The position numbers were made by a program, and so were the translations under genes. Shown here one piece after another: positions 53,099 to 64,000 of a DNA stretch of 64,000 nucleotides. Each line of letters opens with the position of its first letter. Position 1 is the first letter of the stretch. The stretch lies in the NCBI RefSeq assembly GCF_001194135.2, contig NC_068989.1:8469949-8533948 (forward strand). The letters run 5' to 3'. The notes below the pieces were generated by a model, which saw only the letters and a program-made list of their open reading frames with translations, made no database searches and was not told the origin of the DNA. The DNA is from Octopus bimaculoides. Taxonomy: Eukaryota.

Positions 53099-53215
53099 AA
53101 CGGTTGTGAGAGTGATGGTGGTGAGGGAAGCGATGACGGTGGAGGTGATGGTGGTTGTGATCGTGGTGACGGTGATGATGGCTGCGGTGGTGGTGGTGGT
53201 GGTGGTGGTGGTGGT
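52250..53215. repeat. Degenerate (GGT/GAT/GTT)n cryptic trinucleotide tract with a (GAA)n insert
   Basis: Strong G/T skew on the + strand with 3-nt periodicity. Confidence 0.8.
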
Positions 53216-53520
53216 NNNNNNNNNNNNNNNNNNNNNNNNNNNNNNNNNNNNNNNNNNNNNNNNNNNNNNNNNNNNNNNNNNNNNNNNNNNNNNNNNNNNN
53301 NNNNNNNNNNNNNNNNNNNNNNNNNNNNNNNNNNNNNNNNNNNNNNNNNNNNNNNNNNNNNNNNNNNNNNNNNNNNNNNNNNNNNNNNNNNNNNNNNNNN
53401 NNNNNNNNNNNNNNNNNNNNNNNNNNNNNNNNNNNNNNNNNNNNNNNNNNNNNNNNNNNGTGGTGAACATGCAGATGATATTGATGATTTTGCTGACGGT
53501 AGCAATTCCGATGTGTAACC

Positions 53521-53600
53521 GCGTGGCTTAGTGGTTAGGACGTCGCACTCAGGATCGGAAGATTGCGGTTTCGATTCCTGGACGGAATGCACGATGCGTT
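53521..53600 (+). mobile_element. SINE head, family C (tRNA-like), not a functional tRNA
   Basis: GTGGCTTAGTGGTTAGG A-box and GGTTTCGATTCC B-box, without acceptor-stem closure; a related copy lies at 45921-46010. Confidence 0.6.
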
Positions 53601-53775
53601 GTGATTAAGTCGATTACATCGACTCCAGTTCGTAACTGGTACTTAATTTATCGACCCCGAAAGGATGAAAGGCAAAGTCGACCTCGGCGGAATTTGAACT
53701 CAGAACGTAACGCCAGACGAAATACTTCTAAGCATTTCGCCCGGCGTGCTAACGATTCTGCCAACTCACCGCCTT
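53601..53775 (-). mobile_element. SINE family B, well-preserved copy
   Basis: Reverse complement: AAGGCGGTGAGTTGGCAGAATCGTTAGCACGCCGGGCGAAATGCTTAG...GAGTTCAAATTCCGCCGAGGTCGACTTTGCCTTTCATCCTTTCGGGGTCGATAAATTAAGTACCAG. Confidence 0.9.
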
Positions 53776-54660
53776 GCACCAACGGCTATATTATATAATG
53801 TATATTTCTCTTAGTACAACGATAAAGTTGGAGGTGAGGAAGATTAGATTGCTACCTCTAGCAGGCTGAATGCCGGCGTTGAACCTCCACCTTTTGCTTG
53901 TTGTGCTGATATAATTATAATAAAGACAACGGTGAAAGTATATAGTGGTTGCTAAAGGAAATGTCGAGTACGGATGCTTCATCTGTAGATAGATTTTAGA
54001 GAAATGAAAAAGACAGTTTCATTATGATTGTGTAATTAATAAATTGTTTCATGATGGTGATAAAGGTAAGGCTAATGGTGATAATTCTACCGGGGATTTT
54101 AGTGTAGCGACTTTTTGATTTAAGTTGTAGAGTAAGGAGTGATGGTTGATGTACAGTGGTGTGGTGTTGTTTACTCAGAATGACGAGACAAGCAGAGAAT
54201 TTGCTCGTGTGAAAGGCATGTTGATGTAGGCATTCATAAGAGAACCGTCTGAAATAGATGTAATGGGGATGGGATGTCTGCATTTGTTTATGTTGTTAGC
54301 AGCTGTTGCGTTTGTGTCGGAGCAAGCAATGATTAAATTTCGAGTGGACATGCTAGTAAAATTTGTAATATAGATGCTGATGGTTATCATGAAGAAATCG
54401 GAATCACTATAATCAATATCCTTACTCTTTCAATACTACTCCACTTCGATATTCAGAAGAAAACTCATGTCATATTTTCATCTTTAATTATTCAATAAAT
54501 CTATTTATAAGAACACTAGCATGAGAAATAGGTCTTACATGGAAATAGGGATACCGACTGGAGCTATGCTGCACTTAGTAAAGTACACTCCTGTACAAGC
54601 AGTTTTATGAGCTTTTCAGCCTGAAAACAATTCTCCCTCTATCTCTCTATCTCTATCTAT

Positions 54661-54696
<36 letters not shown>

Positions 54697-54706
54697 NNNN
54701 NNNNNN

Positions 54707-54748
<42 letters not shown>

Positions 54749-56084
54749 ATCATTCTACCGTTCTGGGAGCCCTGGAAAACTCACATACGTATTGCCTTTC
54801 TCTAACCTAAGACAGAAAAACAGAGAAAGATGCGACACATTCATTTTTCATTTAGAAAAAATTTCAGACAATTTCATTTCCTTCTCAGTTAAATTTTGAT
54901 TCTTTGCAAAGGAAATTATGTTATGCAGTGACAGCTTAAACAAATTACCAACTCACTGAAATAAGTGACCAAAACTACTAAGTTTAGCAATTTTACTTCA
55001 AATGCTTCGTTAATATAAAACTTCCACTCTATTTAAAAACGGATTATAAACAATATTATATATCTGATGACTTTTACTTACGTAAATAATCGATAATTTA
55101 TATCTTGCGGAGTAATTATAGATATCATAGGTTCTTAATACTATCAAAGCTGACCATAACGTTCCGGTCAATATTTGATTTCAATTATGATCGACAAAAA
55201 TATTTAGCAGCTACTCTAATAGTGTCAGCATTATCTACAGTGTATTGGCAAGATAGCAAAACAAACACGCCTTCACTAACGTTTGAATTTTTGTTAATAA
55301 TTCAAATTTCAACTGTAATATATTCTTGTTGCATTTTACGACATCTGTCGAATAAAACTGACGTCGTTAAATTTTCTTGTGAGCGGCTCAGTACTAGAAC
55401 GCTGACTAAACCGACTCTAGATTGAATGTCTTCGTCGATAGAGTGGAGCATCTGGTTGATTTATATATACAATCGATTGACAGATGAAAAGACTTTGCCG
55501 TATTTAGTTCTGATTTCAAGGCACACCAAATTTCATTTTGTCTTTAAAAAGAAGTCCGTCGATAGCCCCATATGAGAATAGCATTAAACAATCTAACAGT
55601 CTACTGCGTGATAGTAATAGTTGTTGGAATATGCTCGTGTTGGTGATTGGATCTGTTGTATTATTATGTTTATTAAAGCTATTTATATTAATATCCCATT
55701 TTAAAAAGTAGAATATTGATGGGAAAGACTTGGATATTACACGCAGAGGGCAAACTAATAATGTTAAATCACGTCATTATGCTGATACGAACAATTAATC
55801 TTCTTGGAAGCGCAAGAGGAAATTCTCTCTATCCCTTCATACCATACTGGGATTTAAGGTTGCTTTCTACACGCAGGACTCGTGGCATACATTAAAAAGA
55901 GATTACAAAATATATGTCTAACATGTTATGCCATACGATTTTGTGAGGTTAGAGGTTTCTTAACTCCAAATATTATCGTAATATCATCATTTATATTATT
56001 CCTTTATTCATTTCAAACTTTTATGATTTCAGTCGTGGGACTGCAGCCATGCTGGAACACTACTTTGATCTATTTTCTATAAGT

Positions 56085-56430
56085 TTTGTTGCCGATTTAT
56101 ACTTGGATGTTGACCTGTGATTGAGTTTGTAGCAGCTACTCTTTCCTGAGTGTATCCTTGCATGGTTTGCTCGATTGGTGCCGTCGTTAAAAGTTTATCC
56201 AATGTTTCTTGGAGTGTTGCAGTAGAGTCCATTTTATAATTCTGATTTTTTTTTTTTTTTTTTGGCAGACAGATGAACAACTGAGGAACACTAAATATCG
56301 GATTGGTACAATAAAGTGTTTTTGCTCGTGATTGCGCAGGAGGCATATTTGAAAGCTGGCGGTATCTAACAGCTCGTGCCTTAAAATTCCCTCTAACGCC
56401 GAAGTTTAGAACCTGCCATTCCGTGATTTT
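56085..56430 (-). mobile_element. CR1/L2-group LINE 3' ORF2 terminus
   Basis: PQLFICLPK...LQETLDKLLTTAPIEQTMQGY...AATNSITGQ resembles the invertebrate CR1-group end GP.LFN.LP...FK..LD..L...PD.P...GY...A.SNSL..Q. Confidence 0.6.
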
Positions 56431-57679
56431 CCAGTAATCCATTTGTAATATTACATGTAATTAAGAATCAGCATTTTTCTTAGAAAACAACATGAATATG
56501 CCTGTCAAGAATGCAATGAGTAATTATACTTAGCATAAAACCATTTTTCTAATACTGGAATTCACATTCGGACATGAACAGCGGAAAATATTTCATTGGA
56601 CCCTTAAACGCATTAATTCCTTCGAGCGAAATAATATGTATGTTCATCGAATCGAAAGTTTTGCTTGTCATTTACTAGCAAACCCTGATAAAATTTCACT
56701 AAAAAGTTCTTTAAACTAGTTTAATTTTCTCGTCATGTCTCAGAGAATCTCTGAACGCGATTGTATTGAATCGTTGATCATTTTATGCTGTCAACATTCC
56801 GAAGAAATCACAATGTGATATTGATTCCTGTTGGTGAAATGCCAGTGATTCTTTAGTAGTCTTACACTTTCTCTTGCCGCAAGGGAAACCTTATTAATTT
56901 CGATAAAATTTTATTTCTTTTTTCTCCGTTAGCTAAATATCCTTAATGTATAATTCAAGACAGTGTTTGTGTTGAAGTCATCGGTCGAATTCGTTTCAAA
57001 TATTTTACCATTATCTTTAAATCATGCTGAAGTCCTATATATATATATATATATATATGCGTACAGTTAAACACCCACACACATATATATAAAGAGAGAG
57101 AAACAGAGAGGGTGAGTGAGAAAGAGAGACAAAGATAGATAGATACATACATACATACATACATATTATTTATTCTACACTCTACAGTATAAGCTACATC
57201 CGATATGCACAGCGAAAATTGCATGAATATCTTCATATTTCCGGCAATAATCATTAACATATTCTACACCTTCTAAAGTGTTTCATGTCAATTGCTCATG
57301 AATAAGACGAACGCATTTGAAGAAGGAGTAAGTTTTGAGAAACGAAAATACCTCGAGGATGCGCTGAAATGCAGCAGAACTTATTCTGTCAACGTTTTGG
57401 AGTTGGTAAAGTAGTTACTATCCAAGAAATAAATCCCACTAACTCCAGTGTACCAACTCAAAGAATTGTAACAATGTTATTTTGTTAGTAATGAACAGTC
57501 TAAATAAGAATTCAGTATATGTGTGTGTGCATATACAGACACACATTCAAATACACATACACACATACATATATACATACATGCATACATGCATACATAC
57601 ATACATACAAACAAAAAACTCTGTCGTTGATGTTGAAATTCCAATGAAGGAGCCTTGGAGCAAGTTTGAGGGTGGGAGA

Positions 57680-57830
57680 TAAATCGATTACACCCATTCT
57701 AGTACCTCGCTATTACTTTGATTTCTCAACTCTTGAACGGATGAAAAGCAAAGTTGACTACAGCGGGATTTGAACTCGGACCATAAAAAGCCAGACGAAA
57801 TGATACCAAGCATTTTGTCCGTCATCTCCC
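57680..57830 (-). mobile_element. SINE family B fragment
   Basis: ggatgaaaagcaaagttgactacagcgggatttgaactcgg...cagacgaaatg. Confidence 0.7.
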
Positions 57831-59165
57831 TGTTTTAATACGTGCAAATAGATAAATTGAAATAGACTTCACACTTAACGGAATATCATTAAAAATCGGA
57901 CATAATTTTGAACATACAGCAGATACATTTTCTGAAAATAAGATGAGGAGTTCAAAACTGGAATTCCTTGATCATACGTATTCATTCGTAGTTGAGCCAA
58001 GGCTAAGTAACAGCAAACACTACACAACAAAAACTGGAGATTTACAATGTTGCTGGTATGTACGTATGTATGTGTACATGTATGTATGGATGGATGGATG
58101 GATGGATGGGTGAATATCACTTAAGGACATATCTCTGTCCTATGTACATTAGCAAGTGTGCTCGTTCTTACGAATGTTAGATATTCTGGGTATGTCATTT
58201 ATAGAGAAAGCAGTGATATTAATGCTAAAACCATTGTAAAATTACTTGTTTTATATGTTTTCAGAGAAGACGATGTCATAAAACAGCAATTTCATTTTAT
58301 TTGAAGCATTATGTAGTGACAGCTTAATTTGACTTTAATCTATTCTGCGTTATCTTAAGACACTGGCATTAAGAAAGACAGCGAAATCCGAATCAATAAC
58401 TCAAATATTGGCGAATTGCAATCTTGATAATTTTTAGAGATTCTTAGCATTATAACGTCCGATCTTTTATGCATTATTTACGTCTAATCCATTACAACAG
58501 TCAAATACATAATGCATCAGACATTCAAATCATAGATTCAGACGTTCGTTCTCACTCAATGAATCACAATGAAATTGCGATCAGTATATAGAAATATCTA
58601 CAACTTGATCGCATCAACGGTGTTGTTGTAATTCATAGAGGAGTAGGTGGCTCTTGCGTAGTAGCAGTTGGCTGCTCACATTAAGAATACGTTTGACGTG
58701 AAGATATCCGTTCGATCGTTTGTTAACTTAAACACGCAGATATAAGATGTTGAACTTATGAATTATATGCTAATTCGTTTCGAAAACCAGCATCTTAATC
58801 TTTTGCCATGTTTCAAGCAACGGACGGTTTTTACCGAACTACAAAGTTATGGTGGACGTATACAATCCAATACCGATTATCAGACAGTGTTAGGCGACAA
58901 ACACAAAAGCACACACGCACACATATATATATATGACTTGTTCATCATGCTAGATGGTGAATAGGTAATTTTCTCGGCTTTATCTTGCATGTATATACAT
59001 GTTTAAAATGTTACAAGTCGTTGGTAGATTTATGTTATGAATGTAATCTATGAATGCACCAAGAAAATGCTACATCAACATTTTAAACTCCATGTGTGCT
59101 TTTCTTTCATACTTACGCCACATCTGGAACCGACTATGGGTCAAACTTGCGGTTTATATTGGATT

Positions 59166-59203
<38 letters not shown>

Positions 59204-59666
59204 CTGCAGTATACTACCAACAAGAGTCATCTAACGGATACTTACCACGCTGTGAACTGTGTTATTGTACCCAGCCAGTCCTGGCATCTAACTTGTTGAT
59301 ATTCCTAAATTCTGATGAATCCTATGACTAATCGGTCTATCTCTATCTATCTATCTTTATATATAATCCAAAATGTATAGAATTAATCCGATCATATAAC
59401 TTCATGCTCATGAGAGCGTAAAGTTATATAATCGGATTGTCACCTAACATTCCATTGTATTCTTTACGCGAAACCGATTGGTAGGATGCGCCGTAATGGA
59501 TATTTTAATACTATACATCTCCGATGATATACCCACTCTACTGACAGATATATGAGTGCATCTGTTCTCTGATTTATGGTTATTTAGACAACTCATATAA
59601 TATATATGTGTCTGTGTGTGTGTGTGTGTGGGTGCGTGTGTGTATGTGTGTGTGTGTGTGTGTGTT

Positions 59667-59704
<38 letters not shown>

Positions 59705-60164
59705 AGCTACTATTATAAATATAAGACGGATATCTTTCAGTTTCCACTAACCATATCCAAGATTTGGGTCGATTGTGGGTATATCACACGACGCTTTCTG
59801 AATGTACCACTCAACATGACTGAAGAGGGTACCGGTACCTTATTGTTAGGAAGCAAATGTTTTCCCACACAGTCACATCCAACAAATTTACTTTACTAAA
59901 TTCGTCATTTTTGAAGCCAATCGCTACAAAACCAGTTTTTCAACAGGAATATGGTAACTAAAAGATCGAGTATCTACGTTTTGGTAATAGAACAGCAACT
60001 TGCGTTTCTTTCTTTTTTTTTTTAGCTGAATACTTACTACACATTATATTTGAGCCCAAAATATAACTATCTGTAAAGCACCGGAGCGTTTACTGTTTTA
60101 TTTTATTACTGAACTCTGCAATAGAATACAACAATTGACTTCCCAAAATAATATATATCGATAT

Positions 60165-60380
60165 CCTTAGGCGACGAGCTAGCAAAATGATTAGCACGCC
60201 GGGAAAAATGCTTAGCGCTATTTCGTCAGTCTTTTCGTTCTGGGTTGAAATTCCGCTATGGTCGACTTCGTCTTTCATCCCATTCGTAATCGGAAACATA
60301 AATACCAGCTTAACTCTTGGGTCGATTTAAAAGCCTTACTCCTACTCCAAACTTGCTAGCCTTGTGTCAAAATTTGAAAC
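60165..60380 (+). mobile_element. SINE family B
   Basis: AGGCGACGAGCTAGCAAAATGATTAGCACGCCGGG...GGGTTGAAATTCCGCTATGGTCGACTTCGTCTTTCATCC. Confidence 0.8.
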
Positions 60381-60907
60381 CAATATATATATATATATAT
60401 AGACATTTGCAAATACATTGTCTTTCGTTAAAATATTGGTGAACTGCAATAAGATTCAGTCGAATTAATATCTGTCTTCTGATAAGACCTCATCTCTTTA
60501 CTCAACCATCGAGACACTGCTTAATTAATCCACTTCTACTAAGAAGCTTAAGTAAATGAGATAGAATAATCTATTAAGAATGCGTCATATATGCAAATTG
60601 ATCAACATTATTTACTCAAGCTCTTAGTAATAATGAGAATATAAGCAGTGTTCATGTGGACCGTCAAAGACGACTTGGAACATACAGTACTTAAAGATTC
60701 AGTACGTAAAGTTGTTTACATCTATCTATCCATTCAACATTGTATAAACTCTATAGTTATAATCCGTAGTGCAGCTTAGCATAGAAACAAATAACTATTA
60801 TGAAGATTCGTATAATCATTGTAATTGTAGCAATATCATACGCATTTCATTTTCTTTTACTTAGCTACGGATTTATATACATGAATGTGTGTTTTCCCTT
60901 ATATGAA

Positions 60908-60951
<44 letters not shown>

Positions 60952-61490
60952 AGAGAGAGAGAGAGAGGCAGACAGACTGACAGACAGAGAGACAGAAAGA
61001 GAGATATACATAGATACTTAGATAAACGATAGAAAATGGGTAAGCATCCTCACACAAAGTGAAATGACAGTTGTATATAACAAAGGACTTATATGAACAA
61101 TTACATGAAGGGACGCATTTTATACCTTGGATAATGTTTACGCAACATTTCACCTATTTACAACTGGTGCTGAAAAAAATTTAGTAATTTCAAATAAAGT
61201 ATGTCACTTATTCCATTTTCAATCATTTATCCATTTATACAAACTCCAAGGATACTAAGGAATTCCAGATGTATATCCAGCAGGAGTAGCATTTCCACTG
61301 TATGATGACATCAGATAACCAATAATTGTGGGTTAGCTTTTCAGAGCATTCTTCAAGGTTTTTACCTCTTAGTATTACCTTCCAGAGACAACCAAAATTC
61401 TGTCCTAATATTCAACCACATTCTATAAGCAACATTCTACCACACACTTGCAAAATCTTGTTTTCAAAACTAAATTTCTATTTCTCTGTC

Positions 61491-61896
61491 GTTATTCTTA
61501 CACTTTATTAAAATTCTCTTTCTGTTCCACTTGTATATCACATAAGAATGTGAAGCAGGAACCATGAGCGTTAATGTTAATGATGTTTCTACTCATGGGC
61601 ACGTTTACAATGCCACTCGAAGCTCGTTTCCATGTCTTCTAATTACCGTTTCTGTAATTCCAACACTTCTGTGGACTGTATACTGGTANNNNNNNNNNGT
61701 TATTCTTACACTTTATTAAAATTCTCTTTCTGTTCCACTTGTATATCACATAAGAATGTGAAGCAGGAACCATGAGCGTTAATGTTAATGATGTTTCTAC
61801 TCATGGGCACGTTTACAATGCCACTCGAAGCTCGTTTCCATGTCTTCTAATTACCGTTTCTGTAATTCCAACACTTCTGTGGACTGTATACTGGTA
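61491..61896. repeat. Exact 198-bp direct repeat split by a 10-N gap (probable assembly overlap artefact)
   Basis: 61491-61688 is identical to 61699-61896. Confidence 0.85.
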
Positions 61897-63903
61897 CATA
61901 TTTAATTGACTCTTAACCCTTCTGTATGCTATGTACGCAACTGAGATTGCTATAACTGTATACACGAAAGTTTAGTTCAATGACACAATGTTCTTAGCGA
62001 ATGTGAGTGTCATTTGAACGGTGATTTATTTCAAGTAGAATATACTACTAAATGAATGTATCTTCTTCTTATTTCGATTTCGTCCTCGAGAACCACCGTG
62101 GGTTAACTTTGTATTTCATCGTTAAAACAAGTAAGAGTTATATATCAGAGTTCATTCGGTTGATTAAATACGTCACATTCTCTGGAAAATTGTCTTTCTG
62201 CTAGGCGAAAACTAATCAATAATTATAGTTTCATAACATCGCACGCTTAAATGAGTAGAACATTAAATTGCTTAGATAATTTTATGAATATGTCTGACTT
62301 CAGTTCAAAATTAATTACTTAGATTAATTACTCAAATTCCTTCTCCTCTAAAATCAAAAGCATTTAGAGATGACAAATATCTCTAAGTAGAGAGAGAATC
62401 ATTTCGATTAATTGTTAAATCCATTTCACACAGTTATACAGTTTAGAAACTTAAGAAAGCCATGAAGCTTTTTCAGAATCTACTCTACTCGAAATAAAAG
62501 TACTTGTGAATTAGAAATGACTAATTGTAAAATCTTTTCCCAGATATATATACAGGTCGGTTTAAAGACCAACTACTCATTGCGGTTTTGTTTCTGCAAT
62601 TTACTAATGAAAACAAGGTGATAGGTGCCGTGAATTTCATACGTTTTCTTCTGTATTAATTTTATAAATGAAAACAAAACTGCAGTCAAGAAAGGAAACC
62701 GATTCACAGACTTGACTCTTCTGTTCTCTGTTTCCCACATATTAATACGGAATTCTTAATTAGGTACATTGATGATTGCTGCAGTGAAAGGATTATAGTC
62801 TCTTCTAATGGCTTTCGTATATATGTACATATTTATTGAACCCCGCGCTGAAAAACAAAGTAGATGATAAAAGGATTTCATCTCAGAAAATAGATGAACA
62901 GAACAAAATACTAAGGCATTTATATTATCTCAGGTAATGTTCTTATAAGTAGTTCAAGTTTCAAAACTGAAGAACTGTAAGAATACCTAAAATTACAAGC
63001 CTTTAATACTTGTACATTTTCCTTGAAGAAATAGCTGATACTGGTCGTAATAAAACCTCTTTTAAGAGAGAGTATGTATATGTGATACAGTTATCGATCA
63101 CTAGATTTACGCTGTATGTAGTAAATTGATTTTAGAGCACCGTGTACTTTAAGTACAAAGGGCCATTTCTGTTTAGGCAGTAGCGTTTTCTTCTTGTCAG
63201 AGACGGATGTAACACAATCTTCCCCTCACTTTAAATTTGATTATTCACTCTATTGATTCGTTCTATTTAGTAGTTATCATTATACTTGTCAAATAACTAA
63301 GCTTACTCAATATTACGGCTCGTCCTTCGTTGACTGGAAATCACGTTCGCCATAATTACTGTCTACTCCATTTAATCTTACTGATGCGAAAAGGTCAAAG
63401 GTTCAGTTACTTATGTTTTAAAACCAACTTGCAGCTTGGTTTCTTCAATGAGGAAAGTAAACTTCAGGACACACTGTTTATTCAAGCGTTGTGCATATAT
63501 CTACATCCGTACAGATGCAATAGACTTACGAGACGAAATTCTTCATTTTTTTTTTATTTCATGCATGAACTGTTGTAATGATTTAAAGTATTTTCTATTA
63601 TAAACTGATGACTGTTTGGATTCGGGATTAAATATTGCGGGTGGTGCATTCGTTGTTTCTAGAAATGATTTAAAATGTTTAGTCATTCGAAAAATGAATT
63701 ATAAAAAGGAAGTTGAGCATTAGATAGGGAATGAAGTGAAGACGGAAAATCTAGCGAGAAAGTCACTAGTTCGTATACTGTGTGAGGGTTGCTGTTGATC
63801 ATTAGATCTTGGCCGTCTCTGATCAAGCAGAAATATCAGTCATGAAAATGCTATCCATTTTTATTCGATATAGAGAACTGCTTTTTATCTTTATCCTTTG
63901 CTT

Positions 63904-64000
63904 GTTTCAGTCATTAGACTGCGGCCATGCTAGGGCACCGCGTAAAGAATTTTTATTCGAATGAATCAACCCAAGTACTTATTGTTTTTTTTAAATCTTT
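63904..64000 (-). mobile_element. SINE family A, 3' end (cut by the window edge)
   Basis: gtttcagtcattagactgcggccatgctagggcaccgcg...aagtacttatt. Confidence 0.75.

Noticed and set aside
59105-59310. Two minus-strand GTAAGT donors 130 bp apart
   Set aside because: No consistent joined reading frame; within chance expectation.
61914-61925. TTAACCCTT, a piggyBac-like terminus
   Set aside because: No matching opposite end found.
1-64000. Most of the ORF track (IYIY, CVCV, THTH, poly-I/L/S/N and X-containing ORFs)
   Set aside because: These are translations of di-, tri- and tetranucleotide microsatellites and N-gaps.
1-64000. CRISPR array, prokaryotic defence system, rRNA or true tRNA
   Set aside because: No regularly spaced repeat-spacer structure and no operon-like ORFs. 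tRNA-like A/B boxes all continue into SINE bodies.

Overview
This is AT-rich, repeat-dominated eukaryotic genomic DNA from a short-read scaffold: many N-gaps, most flanked by (TA)n. From recollection of its SINE and MITE repertoire I infer an octopod cephalopod (Octopus-like). There is no prokaryotic operon, CRISPR array, rRNA or intact multi-exon gene. Most six-frame ORFs are translated microsatellites. Recognisable content is mainly transposon fossils: a Helitron Rep fragment, three clear (plus one doubtful) Dong/R4-clade LINE fragments, a Penelope RT fragment, a CR1/L2-type LINE 3' end, a mariner transposase fragment, a mariner MITE, a 416-bp foldback palindrome and many tRNA-derived SINEs. 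The best host-gene signal is one 69-nt symmetric exon (31200-31268, +), so the window may be largely intronic. I cannot demonstrate a new biological system here. The most interesting leads are: Dong/R4 5' ends abutting (AAT)n; a same-strand LINE-mariner-SINE chimera; a near-perfect 116-bp copy of sequence 14 kb away replacing a SINE head; a GC3-periodic CpG-rich island; a spliced fossil reading frame; and the long palindrome. All family assignments come from recalled motifs, not database searches.
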